Shown piece by piece: positions 44,732 to 56,774 of a stretch of DNA of 64,000 nucleotides. The translations under genes and the position numbers were made by a program. The stretch is from Cercozoa sp. M6MM (taxonomy: Eukaryota > Protista > Endomyxa: Ascetosporea), in assembly GCA_040357565.1 (NCBI GenBank), contig JBDODJ010000037.1. The stretch is one strand, 5' to 3'. The notes below the pieces were generated by a model, which was given only the letters and a program-made list of their open reading frames with translations, searched no databases and was not told where the DNA came from. Within the stretch, counting starts at the first letter, position 1; every line of letters begins with the position of its first letter.

Positions 44732-45231
44732 GAATGCAAAAAATCCCACGAGGGTATACAGGGGATACGTCGGAGTCTATAGATAATTATACATGGCGTT
44801 GTTGTCTCGCAAGACGAGGTCCGTAAGTGTTGCGGTAAAACAGCGCGCTTGCACGCAGTGGCCTGAATAGGCGGATCGGGCGTGAAAAATGCCAGGATGT
44901 TTTACTCAATGATAAATTTACAATCCAGTACCTGATTCTGACAGGTCGGCGTTCCCGTCCACAGTCCAATCAATGTCAAGTTTCTCAGGCCGAGCCACGG
45001 TGGTTCGCTCGGCCGATTCCTCCTGTCGGTACCAGAGCAGAAAACACTCCCCTTTTTGAATAACAAAAGGTCACTGTGCGGAAGTGTAAATTACGTAGCT
45101 TGCGCCGCTGCCTCGCTTCGACGGGAATGACGCTTTCTGGAGCGACACTAGCGCTGCCGTGTTTAAGGGATCGCGCGACGAGGTGACGAGCACGGTACAC
45201 TTCGCCACGCTCTGTGAGTTTAATCGTTGTC

Positions 45232-45305
<74 letters not shown>

Positions 45306-47877
45306 ACCGCAGCGTCATGAACAAGGGGGTCACTCCACTGCAGTTGCTCGTGCCACGACTGCACCCACTCTGGCCAACGACTAGGTGAAGACCAACTGCG
45401 AGAAACAGACAGGCAAGCGTGTTTTAAGGAAACCTAGCTCTTATGGCATATCCCATGGGGTGGGCTGTACCGACCAAGGTGTGCATCGATCCAGTCCAGT
45501 TGGCCGAAAGACAGGTTTTCTGGCGCACTTCCGGGAATAGTCTGAACTTTCAATGCCGGCATCATCGGCAGGCCTCCGTGCACCTGCAAACGAAAGCGCT
45601 AACGGACTGTCCCTTTTGTGCGTTTATTTCATACCGCCAGCACAGTGTCTCCCTTTTTGTCTTTGATCATCGCCGCCCTAGATGCAAGGAAAGTAATTTA
45701 TGATGAGATACCAACACCTCTTTCTAAGTGTGAGCTTTACCACGGCATTGACGCGAAGAAGTCGAAATGAATCCACGTCTTCAAAAACGCGGAAGCGAAC
45801 TGAAGGAAGCCCTTGTGAAAGCAATGAAGCGGGAGAACGTACCAGCATCTCGCGGAGTGTCGTCGGAGTGCGAATCACGAGCGTGCGTTGCAGCTGCTCG
45901 AGTTTCTCACGCACCTGCTGCGCAGATCAAGGAGAGAATAATAACCCGTCGTCAGCAGAGTGAAATTGAGTTTTCAACTTTTACGGATAACGCGTCACTG
46001 TGTTTCGACGGCGATGTCGCAGCAGTCGTCAGTGTGTCCACTGTAAAGGTCGATTTCTTTGTAAATGAAACTCTAAGAGATGTTGGCCAGGTTGTAGAGC
46101 TCACTTCGTGGGTTGACCTCGTCGATAGGAGTCAACAGGTCTTCTTCGTTAAACCCGAAAAAGTGATTCACTTGCGCAGCAAAGCTCAATTTCCTGAGGA
46201 ACAAGTCAAAGATTCTAAAATTTACATGGGTACCTTTAAAACAAACCGAAACTTACAACAACTGGTTCTTGAACTCGCTTTCGGGGGTTTCGAGATTACT
46301 GAGCAGGAGTAGGCTGTGTCTAGCGTATATGCTCGCGTAGACCCCACTATCGTGGTTGCCGCTGAGACAGAAACACGTAAAGATAGGGAGGGGGTGAAGA
46401 GACAGAAAGGAAAGTACGATATCAACAAAGTAGCGTGTGGTGCCCTTAGAGCGAGTAATGACAAGATCTACTCCAATCAACGTCGGAAATACATTTTTTT
46501 AACGGAAGGTAAATTATTTATAATTTCCTTGGGTGAAATGTTTACTAAACAAATATAAATTTACATCGTATACAACTTGCACACCATAAGAACATCGATG
46601 CCGTGTGCGTTTCGATCGACGTAGTCACCGAGAAAGACGAACAGTGTGTCACCCTGAAACACACAAGCACAAAAGACACTTTCATTGTTCAGGAAACTTA
46701 CCTGTACAAAAGACTCTTTCATTGTTTGTTTGTTTTCCAGTTGTCAGTGTACCGTTTCAGAAGGCAGGCCGGTCTTTGTGAGGAGCGCCAGCAACGCATC
46801 TCGATCGCCGTGGATATCTCCCACGAACACCGTCTTTCGCTGAAGCTATGCACGGGGTCATAACATCTATGCATGAGGTCAAGTCCTGTTCTGTGATTAC
46901 TGTAGGTGTTTACCATGTGCCGGAGGTCTCGACGAGCAGAGGTGCTTTCTTGGCGCAAAACACACCTCCCTGATAACTCGGTGTAAACAGAGGAGTTTAG
47001 AGGGGTAAACGAGGGTAAAGTGAGAAATATACCGGCATGGACAAGCAGATTGACAAAGAAGGTTCGTATCGCCCGATGCGATGGCAGACGTTTTACTGCA
47101 CTGTATTTATACGTCACAAGGCAGTAGTACTCCATTATGAGATGCTCAAAGTTACTTCACATTTACATTTTACCTTAAGGATACTACACACAGATGTGAA
47201 TGTGATTTACTGCAGCACGTATCGCAAGTCGTTCGCATGTCGAACATGGTGCGCAAGTGCCGAGGATGTACTCGTCAACTTCTGGCAGTCTCTTGCGGGG
47301 TCGAATGTGAGTTGGAGACTCTATATCCTCATCGGGAGCTCAGTGAATAAGTTCTCAGGCTTGTTGTTCAATAGTAGGTCAGAGGGAGAAAAGACACCAT
47401 GCTCGCAACGAGGACTTGAATGTGATTCAAATGACTTTGCTCCTTCTTACTAAAGGCAGCTGTCTTCGGAGGTGATGTCGAGCGGCGCGGAGTCCCAACT
47501 CCCTGCAGTTGAACTTGTATGACGAGCACTAACCACCAAGAATGTACCTACTAGGTTGGAAGGTTTGGCACCTGCAGCCGAGGAGACATGCAACGGGCTG
47601 AAATGGGTTGATTGGGTTCACTGAAGTTCTCGTGCATGTTCTGACTGCGAGGGCGTGCTGTCTTTGGTGGCTCTTGCTGCTGCTGCTTCGCCAATTCTCC
47701 TTGCCTGCGAGGCACCGCAGCACGCTGTCGGTACCAGTCAGACAACCCAGTCTCCTCGCGGGGGCGTTCCTGCAAGTAGTCGTCAAATGTTCGGATCCGA
47801 GGCGCCGAACCGTTTTGCCTGCTGCTTGCTGCATCTGCAGTTGCACGACGCGCTACCCATAAAGGCAGTGAATCCAT
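43079..47877 (-). CDS. Divergent PPP-family Ser/Thr phosphatase (metallophosphoesterase) with long N-terminal disordered region and insertions; 3' end approximate
   Basis: Motifs in the correct order across exons: VFVGDIHGD (~46815), FVFLGDYVDRN (~46630), ISGNHD (~46355), FASMP..AAMI..VHGGL (~45580), LQWSDP (~45335), SKRGSG (~45110), IVRGHE (~44670). Confidence 0.8.
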
Positions 47878-48202
47878 CCCGGCGGCTTGGTGCGACACCC
47901 TAGAGAGCGTCAAAAGTTGATGAATACATATTCATTCTCCGACTGGAAGAAAAATCACAGAGCGACGGAGAGGACGATCCAACACAGAATGAAAGTGCAC
48001 ATCCTAGAGTGAGCGGAATCAAAGAGGTAAACGCGTTCACTGGGTACCCGTCATTGACGGTTAACTAAAGTTGCGCGCCATCCCTTCTTGGCGTGACATC
48101 CGGCAGCTTTTTAATCGATTGCTTCCACTGGAATTGAGACAAAAACGAAATTTTGGTTGAATCGCTGGATCAGTTTTGCTTGGCAACTTACACCGGGGAA
48201 AC

Positions 48203-51200
48203 ATGGCAGATCGTGAGCAGTTGTACACGCAACTAAGGGCAGTGGGTGAGCGGCTATCTTGGCAAGAGGAACCTGCCCGGGTTGGTGACCTTCCGGTCCA
48301 CTGGAAATTGCTTCCTCCAAGGCGGTGCCCTGAAGACATTGAAGAGCGACTTCGAGACGCTGGTCGCGTTCGCTGTGCAAAGAAAGTTCATGCTTTAAAA
48401 GCGACGCCCGTCTTTGCTCTTGGAGCTCCAATTTTAGACTTGACGATGTCTGCCGAAGAGAAGCAACTGCACCAGCATCATCTGCAAATGCGCGAGGTGG
48501 AAGAAAGTGAGGAGTTGACCGAACAGCTCCCGCGAACAGAAGTTGAAGAAACAGAAGAGAGCGTAATAATGAAACGAGTCGGAGATACTGACGAGAAGGT
48601 TTTCGATGCTTCTATGACAGAAGCGTCTCCCGAAAAACCGCCCTTTGCCCAAATTTTGAGCTCCCTCGGGAAGGGAACCATCGAAGAAGAATCCGAACTG
48701 TCGTTCGCGCAAAAGATGCTGCTCAGGAGAAAACGGCAACATGATACTTGCATGAATGAGTACCGTAGATTTCTGCATAAGCAAAGAAAACTGTTGCTCC
48801 ACGCAATAAAGACGTCGTCGACAAAGCTTGTTCAGCAAAAAACGCAACAAGAACACAAGGTATATTTTTAATTTACCCTGGACCTGCTCCGATGCTCACC
48901 TTCATTTTTACCAGATTCAAGAGCTGTTTAAAAACAGCGAAAAATACGTCAAGGTCACAGTCGAGCAGACAACGTTGAGACTCAATGAATACATGAGCAA
49001 TGCGACTGATTTGTTGTTTGATTTATGGCATCAAGGTCGTTTAGCCCCATTCACAACATCCTCCACGCTGGTGGACCTCGGAAATCAATTCATTGTGCTC
49101 GAAGCTATGTGCCATGCTGCGCTCAGCGAGATGAAATCAATCACGAAGCAAAGCGTATGCCCTTTTTCTTTCAACTGAGGCTATGCTTCCCTGGATTTTA
49201 AGCGTGAGCTTTACAAAATGGCATAAACTAAAGGCTGCTGTATCAATTTAAAACACAGAGAATCGCGGTGCAAACCGCCCTCAACAAAACTGCGTCAAAA
49301 CTGCATCAGGTGAAACACAGCCGAAAATCTTGAAGCTACGATTGACATTTTTAACTTTCAGTTTGGCTGTGGTGTGACAGATTGCTTTCAAAAGCGAGGA
49401 TAAAATTAATCAAATCCTAAATGAAGAAGTACGAGCTATTGAACTTGACTTTCAAAACGATGTCGAAGAGGTACCCTCAGACCCCCCCCCCCCATCAATC
49501 AAACCTAAATTTAAACGGATGGTTGAGAGCAGATTCAAAAACTTGAATCTACCCTCGCAGCGTCACGCGAGCACCTGAGGCAAGAACAACAACGCAAATG
49601 GGACGAACTGAAAATCTATTGCAGTAAGACCGTACTGAGCCAAGCGGAAGGAACAGTCGCAAGTGTTTTCCAAACAGACGAATGGCAAAACCCACGTTGT
49701 GTCAGCGATGTGCTGGAGGAACTTGAAAAGGACGTTGTGCGTACCTACCGAGTTTGTATAAACAGCCTCGCAGCTGCGACGAGCACGGAGATGGCAAGTT
49801 TCAATGATATTCCGTTTGTTGACGAAATCAGCAAAGTGCACGAACAGGCGATCGAAAGAGTTCAGACATTTAAAAGGGTTATAACTCTTCTCCTAGAGGT
49901 TGGTTCAATGAGTTTACTCCCTGCATTTGTTTCGTTTCTCAGGAGCTGGTTGCCAAAGTGGATGCATTTCAAAGCCGATTTGCAGACTGTGTGGAGAATA
50001 TGGATTTCCGCGATCTAGCTGATGAGGGTATGAGCAATGAAACGAAAGAAAAAATCTTGAGCGCAGCGACAGTCAGTTCGTCACAGTTCGCGGACAGTAT
50101 GCTCGCAAAGGTGCACGAAAGCTCTGACCGCGCGCGAAGAGACATCAACGATCTGAAAATGCTGTGCTGCGCGCTGTTCTGCTACATGCAGACACTCGCA
50201 GACAGGTACGGGGGTGTAGTCAATGACATTCAACAATTCGCCGACTGCATTGCCGAAAACGACATGAATGTAGAAGAGCGAATCTCCGAAATCAAGCAAT
50301 CCCTCTCAGCTTCAGTGGTGCGTGCTTCCGTTTGTTTCTTGTTTTGATTATTAAAATTACAGTTGTTGTTTGCACAGGGGAATATTCGCCGCAGTTCAAG
50401 TATTGAACACATCCAAGAGCATAGCTACAGGTTTGCGCAAGGTGTTTCCAGCACCCAAGAAGAGATCAACGAACTTCTACGACGCTTCGACTCAGAAACG
50501 GATCTCCTGCTCGCTAAGTACGACGCCGGATTCCGCCAATCTAAGGAATCCTTTGATTTGTCGCTTCGGAACGACGAGCAAGAAAGCTGGATGTCCGCAT
50601 TGCTAGCGAAGATGAAAACAAAGGAAGTGGAGAGTGCGAAAGAGAAGGAAGAGGCGCGGATCGATTCTGAAGTCATCAACGGCGAGCCGTCCTTGCGGTT
50701 GAGTTTTTTCAAAAACGAAATCTCAAGGTTGCTTTTCCGGTTTGAAATAGCCGCCAAACATGCACTCGTAACATTTTTAAAGAACAGATTTACAGCAGCA
50801 CTAGACAAAATGCTATCCGCCATGTACTTGCAGGCTTTCCAACGGCACTTCTACAGTGCAAAGGTGAAAGAAAAGGCAGCATCGCGATGTCGCTACACCG
50901 AGAAGACGCGAGCTGACACCAGTACATGGGTAGTGTATAGCTCTACCTGTCGTATTAAGTCCACTAGTACAGTAAATATAGTGGTAAATAACAAAATAAT
51001 GAAACCGATAATTTATGTATAAAGCCTATATATATATATATATATATATATATGTAAGTTTATAGCCTATGAAAATTTACATATAAATTTATAACTTATA
51101 TTTTCCCTTTCGCCCAGATTGAGTTGGTGCAAAAAGAAGCGAAACACGTGTCGGCAATTCGGAAAAAAGAGATACCGCGCGTTCTTCGAAGAACGAAAAC

Positions 51201-53327
51201 AGCATGTGCTCGTGTATTGGCGACGAGCAAGAAGCTCGAAAAGAAGGTAATTTTCACCTTTCCTTTTATTTATTGAACCCATCCGTTTATTTTTTTACGT
51301 TAGGTGACCGAACAACTGAAGGCAATCTCCCAACTGACGGAAGAGATACAGCAAAGGGCAGCTTGGTACGTCGCGCAAGTTGAAGGACGAGCGTCAGATA
51401 CCTGTCTGAACAAAAGTAAGTGAATCTGTAAACTTACCGTATCTTCAATGAGTGGAATTGCGGACGGTTTCATAGTCTTGAAGCTCAAAGCTGAGATGTC
51501 GCGCTATGAAGCCCGACAAAGGCGTAGACTATCCGAACTCTGTCATTTGGCGAAAAAGAGCGCACTCTCAATGGAAAGTGGCGTACGCAATAGTTGTGCA
51601 ACCTTCTTGTCCGATTTTGGATTGCTGCCAGAACTTTCTCCGACTTACCGAGCTCTTAAAGTTGAGGGACAAACGCTCAACGAAAACCGAAGCAATGAAG
51701 GCTCGAAGTCGGAGGCAGCAGATGCCACCGTCGCAACCATGCGAGAAGACGAGCTCCCAGTTGGAACGTTCAGCCCTGAGCAACGAATCGAGGCGGAGGA
51801 AGCTTTGGATGCCATTTTGAAGGCCACTGTCGGCAAGAAAGAGGAGTTTGACAAAGAGGTAGAGTCTTTGTCTTCAAACGCTTCGGCAATTTCTTTCAAG
51901 GAAGCTGTTGATCGGCTGAACGAAATCGAGGACGAAATAGCTCGCAATTACTGCCTTGGTCGAAAGTACAAAACACCGCTCCAGAAGCTAGGCGTCATCA
52001 CAAAATATTTGGCTCGTACCAAACTGTGCACGGAAAACCTCGATGCGTTCCTTGCTGAGTTTGATCCATTGGTACAGCACACCTTACACAACGGTATTCA
52101 CTTTTGAGTAAATTTAGTGCCCGGTAAAATATAAAATTTACCGAGCAGAAATTAGACGTAATTGCCAAGGTACTAGCGAAGCAAGCGATTCGCATTGGCT
52201 GCGATGCAGCATTTTTCGGGAATGACTTTGGAATTGACACCGCACAGCCACTAGACTTGGTGTTCCAGCAAGCCAAGCTCGAAGCAATCAGGGAAGCAGA
52301 ACTTCTGCTAGGAAGCGCGGACCTGCCAGGTCTGTCACATGCCCTAAAGGTAAAACACGAAGAGACAGTGCAGATAAAAGACCGTGCACGAAAACACCTA
52401 GCCCGCAGTTGCGCTTCTTTGGAACTGAAGATACTCGAAGCTGCTTCCGCCGTACTACCCGAAGGCCTACAGGCACTTGGCAAGTCTCTTCAGCAACGAT
52501 TGGGCAACACGCAAACTCAACTGAAAAAAGCCTGGACTAAGATCGAGCTAGAGGTCGAACCTCTGAGGAAGGCGCTGCGCGACGCAGTCGAAGAAAGCTC
52601 AAAGCCGAGCGCACCACTCCAATCCGCTGAATTCATGCAGCAAATCCAACAGCTCCGGGCACGATACCAAGAGTGCCACAGTCGCTGCGTGCGCTTCATC
52701 GCTGGAGGCGAAAGTACGATCGACGCGTTACTCGAACAGTCCGCCGGCGAGATCGATACGCTGCGCACCCAATTCCAACAGTGCCTTGACAGCTGGGACC
52801 TTTGCTTGTGCATACGTGACTTTGCTGCTGCATTTGGCGATAATGTGTCATCCGAACTCAACTTTGCGCTAGCGCGAGAGTCAGGCGAATCTGCTTCGGG
52901 CAGTGTCGGAAACATCGACCGTGGGGAGCATGCTGTCCGCCAACCGTCATTTCTCACGCGCCACAAAAGTCGCACCTTCGCGTTTCCTGCGTTCGTCTGC
53001 GGGAAGCAACGAATCGATCTGTCTTTCGTCAGCTTTGACACGTGCTGCTTTCGTCTTCTCACTTTACATGGTGCGTGTTATGATAAGAGTATCTTGCGCA
53101 GAGACAGTCGCGAAAAAGCTGTAAACGCCGCCCGACACGCAGTTTTAGAACTTCAGATTTTTCTGGTACCAACTGTATCGCACACTGGTAGTTATCCTTT
53201 TCATTTACTCTGGCATTAGGTTTTATTTTTGTGCTACTAGAGTGAGGTTGTCGCTACCTGGGCATGCGTCTTTGGCGACATGAAAAAGTTATGCGCACAG
53301 TGGGAGAGTGAGTTCGAACAACAGTGA
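48203..53327 (+). CDS. Large coiled-coil protein, possibly CCDC180/CFAP76-like (DUF4455/DUF4456); boundaries approximate
   Basis: Long helical E/K/Q-rich exons over ~5 kb. NYCLGRKYKTP and C-terminal AVNAARHAVLE..W..W resemble recalled CCDC180-family motifs. The family call is tentative. Confidence 0.4.
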
Positions 53328-53399
53328 CACGACTGATTTCCGTCTACAGCCAGGACTTTAATATTCAGTAATACCCATATGTTAGCCAAGCAGATCTCA

Positions 53400-54440
53400 C
53401 CAAGGTGTCCCATAAATTTGCCGCTCAAGTCCACTCGTAAGACTCCAACTATCGCACCGCCAAACTTCGCCTCCAAAAGGCACTGTTAAGTCACAGCAAA
53501 ACTTATCAACAAAGTTTACCCTTGAAGCCTCGCTCTACGATGCCGTGTGCATCGAGAAAATGACTGAATAGTTCTGGCCTTTATTTTGACCTAATCTATC
53601 ACTAAAATGTGCACTCAGAGGCCTCAGCGTTCGATAGCAGCACCAAACATGCGAAATCCCACAGTGCGAAAGATTTCTGGGCCGACTCGGTAGCGACAGT
53701 AAAAATAGCAACACGCACGTGTAGTACATATGTGCTAACTTTCAAGAGGCACAAAATCTCTAATTGGCGTCGGCAGAGTGCTGATTTGGCCATTGGACTC
53801 CGTAGCCACGCTGTTTTGATTCTGTGGTTGTGAGCGTGTAGAATGATGTAGAGCGATATCTCCAGGAATCGCCGAGGCGGAGATGTGGCTCCACATCAGG
53901 AGGAAACTGCAAGTCCAGCCAGACCTGCGAATGCTCTTTTTGTTGCCGCACTTGAAGCAACTCTTGCGCTTGAACGCGCCTGCTCTCCTTGAGAGTTTCG
54001 AGTAGTCGCTGGAGCACGCGTGCGCATTCGGCAACCACAAGCGTGAAAACGGCTTTTGCGAGCCCGAGTAGCGACGCTTCTCCGTGGTGAGCGGTGAATT
54101 TGGCGGTCTTGTAGGTGAAGAAACACAAGGCTGAACTGTGGGTAAACGAACTGTGTTGTAGACGTCACTGTTACTGTCAACATCAAACAACCTACTCGGC
54201 TGACTACTTGCTCCACGTGGAAGCACCTATCAGTCATGCCAAACAAGAATTGAGCGTTGCCTAGCTTGGCATACCCTGTGTTTGGTAGAGTGGCAAGCAG
54301 CTCGAAACTGCTGCAGAATTGAAACAGCCCTGTTTCCAGATACTAGGTACCTCAAAGGATACCGTGCTTGTTGACACCAAAGCAACTGACTTGCTCTGTC
54401 TTGAGCAGGCAAGAGGGTTTTCTTTTTGTTTGTCTGCTAA
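53400..54440 (-). CDS. Possible hypothetical multi-exon gene; boundaries uncertain
   Basis: Exon-like ORF 53760-54128 (helical, LQRLLETLKESRRVQAQELLQVRQ) flanked by plausible GT-AG introns. Confidence 0.3.
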
Positions 54441-54621
54441 CACTAAATTAAACGACCTTACATTCTTACTAGGAAACCAACTATGTAGCTCCCCTGCACC
54501 AGTCCGGGGTGGGTCACAAGAGCATGGCCGTGTCTACCGCCCGCTTAGGGTAGGACCATACAACTCCCCTTTTGACGTTCCCCAGACACCGAAGTCGACT
54601 TCATGGTTGGTGCCCCAACAT

Positions 54622-54786
54622 CCTGATTCCCGGAATTAATTTTTGGTTCCCGATATGGACGGTTAGTTCCCGGAACTAACTCCGTCTTAGTTCCCAGAAT
54701 TATGATTGGTTCCGAGAATTAATGCCATTAGTTCCGAGAATTAATAAACGTAGTTCCGAGAATTAATAAACGTAGTTCCGAGAATG
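54622..54786. repeat. Left subterminal array, ~8 copies of a GTTCC(C/G)(G/A)GAA-type motif at ~20-23-bp period
   Basis: For example GTAGTTCCGAGAATTAATAAAC in tandem and the near-palindrome TAGTTCCCGGAACTA. Confidence 0.9.
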
Positions 54787-56484
54787 AACCGGGACGACCG
54801 GACGGGACGCCAACCGAACGAGGGGACGCGACGCGAGACGAGCCTGGGCACAAGCAACGCAAGCGCGAAGAAGACGCGAGGAGACGGCCAAACGAGACGG
54901 AGGGAAGCGAGCAGACACATGACAAAAACGAGATTCGCGCCAAGTCATCGAACTCCCAGTCAAAACAAGACTCTACAAAAAACCGCGTAGATAGAATGAG
55001 TGAGTAAAATAGTACTAAGTACCCACGTTGTCCGCGCCACTGCATCGCTGTGAGTTCGCGCCAACGTATCGCTGCTTGCGAGAAGGGCCAGCTTCACAAA
55101 GGAATGATTCTGCTTTGTTCTATAAAAAAGCATACAGTATATGTGATACGATACAGAAATCGATCCATGAACGCAATCACAACGTACGAAGAAAGCAAGG
55201 CTTGAGGAGTAGAAACCCTGCACCTGCTCGCGGCTGCCAGCAGAAAATGTGTCTGTGACAGGCAAGCAGTCGTGCTGCCACGGTGTCATCCGTCATGCGC
55301 ACAGACTCCACGCGTTAAAGAATGTGACCAGAGCGTAGAAGCCAAGTTGGTTCTCTGCTCCCCGTACGTGATGCAGCATCGTATAAGCAAGGAACGTGAG
55401 TACCGGTCGGAAGAATCAAGAAGAGATGCGAAAGTGCACGCACTGCGAACTTGAGGTCGTCTGGTGCTGCGAGCAGGTCGGCGGTGTCATCGGTGAGGGC
55501 ACGTTTCTGGCGCGACGTAGCGCCGGATAACGTACCCATCTTAAAAAACCCCAATAAACTCGACCCTGAGCCAACCGTAGGGAGTTTATACCAGTTCAGC
55601 TGCGCTGAGTTTGCACCAGGTGCACAGCAAGTGGCCTAGTGTCTACACAAGGGACACAGAGATGATGCACAATACAAAAATTAAAGCACAGAAAAGCGCA
55701 CACAGTAGCACATCGCGCCATTCGACAAAGTCTCGTCCTGTTCAAGAGCCTTGCAGCAGGTCAACAAAAGCTCCATAGGAGTGAAAGGACGCACAAATCC
55801 GTCAAATCGACTCGCACTGGTCGGCAGTCGGTCTTCAACCACGCCGGCTGCGCCGCGCTTCTGCTTGCACGTCGCACACTTCGCTCGGAGTGCGTGCCAA
55901 TCCCAACGCAAGTCCACAACCCCGAAGCGGTACATTTCCGCACCATTCCACTCTGAAAAAATCTCAAACCTTCCCCAAAACAAAAAGAACACGACAACGT
56001 TAAATACTGTGGACAGCTACCTCAACAGTCGTGGCACCCGCACGAAGAATGTTGAGCAAATCTTTGAAGCTATTGCTGACGCTCCTATCAATTTCGTCAC
56101 TTGAACGCTGCATTCCGGTGTTCTCGACCGGCGCACCAATGTCGGAATCGTCGCCTGCATCCTTTTCTGTTCATACACAAATCACAGAACTCGCAATCGG
56201 AGCACGCTACATGCCGCATCAGGGGCTGATGCGACGAAACCCTGTGGCCACACACTGCGGATGCTTGTCCGCCGCGCCTGCTGCATGCTGCGCGGAACGG
56301 CTATGTTTTCGACCCTCGGCTCAAACGAATGATTCCATCAGTGTTCCTGCTTGGTTTGTGCATGTATTTTGGCCCAAGATTTTACGCCGCATACAGTGCA
56401 CTCCCGACTAAGCCGGAAGCTACCAACACAACTGAGTACGCAGTCATGCTGCATTAATCGTGCTTCCGTATTCAATTTGGACAG

Positions 56485-56580
56485 TAATTCCGGGAATCAC
56501 CACTTAGTTCCCGAAACGGGCTAATAGTTCCGGGAATCACCACTTAGTTCCCGGAAACGGGCTAATAGTTCCGGGAATCA
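56485..56580. repeat. Right subterminal array, 5 motif copies within two ~40-bp tandem units
   Basis: TTCCGGGAATCACCACTTAGTTCCC(G)GAAACGGGCTAATAG occurs twice, followed by the TIR. Confidence 0.9.
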
Positions 56581-56774
56581 GGATGTTGGGGGTGCAGGTA
56601 GCGGGCTACAAGTAAAGAGGCGTCGCAGGCGTTGTCTTACTTTTCTTTAGTCGTTGTCTTCACTAAAACTGACAATCTCACATCAACATTACGGGTGAGC
56701 TACAGCGTGTAATTTAAAGGCAAGCTCTCCAGCTTAGCACGCAACTGAGTCAGTGCAATCGAGTCGAAGCGACG

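Larger units (their letters stand above)
54613..56591. mobile_element. Non-autonomous TIR DNA transposon, 1979 bp, with 23-bp perfect TIRs, 3-bp TSD GTG and subterminal repeat arrays (CMC/EnSpm-like architecture)
   Basis: Left CCCCAACATCCTGATTCCCGGAA at 54613; right TTCCGGGAATCAGGATGTTGGGG ending 56591. GTG at 54610-54612 and 56592-56594. No transposase recognised inside. Confidence 0.85.

Noticed and set aside
45767-46558. Two in-frame plus-strand ORFs separated by a single TAG (46310-46312), suggesting stop-codon reassignment or a 15-nt intron
   Set aside because: They lie antisense to exons of the PPP phosphatase (GNHD and neighbouring exons on minus). TAG is used as a true stop elsewhere (after KDEL at 39440, ANTH, CSN1, MMAB).
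54622-54786. Regularly spaced short repeats resembling a CRISPR array
   Set aside because: The period is only ~22 bp, spacers are tiny and partly identical, there are no cas genes and the context is eukaryotic. The repeats are mirrored at the other end of a TIR element, so they are subterminal repeats.
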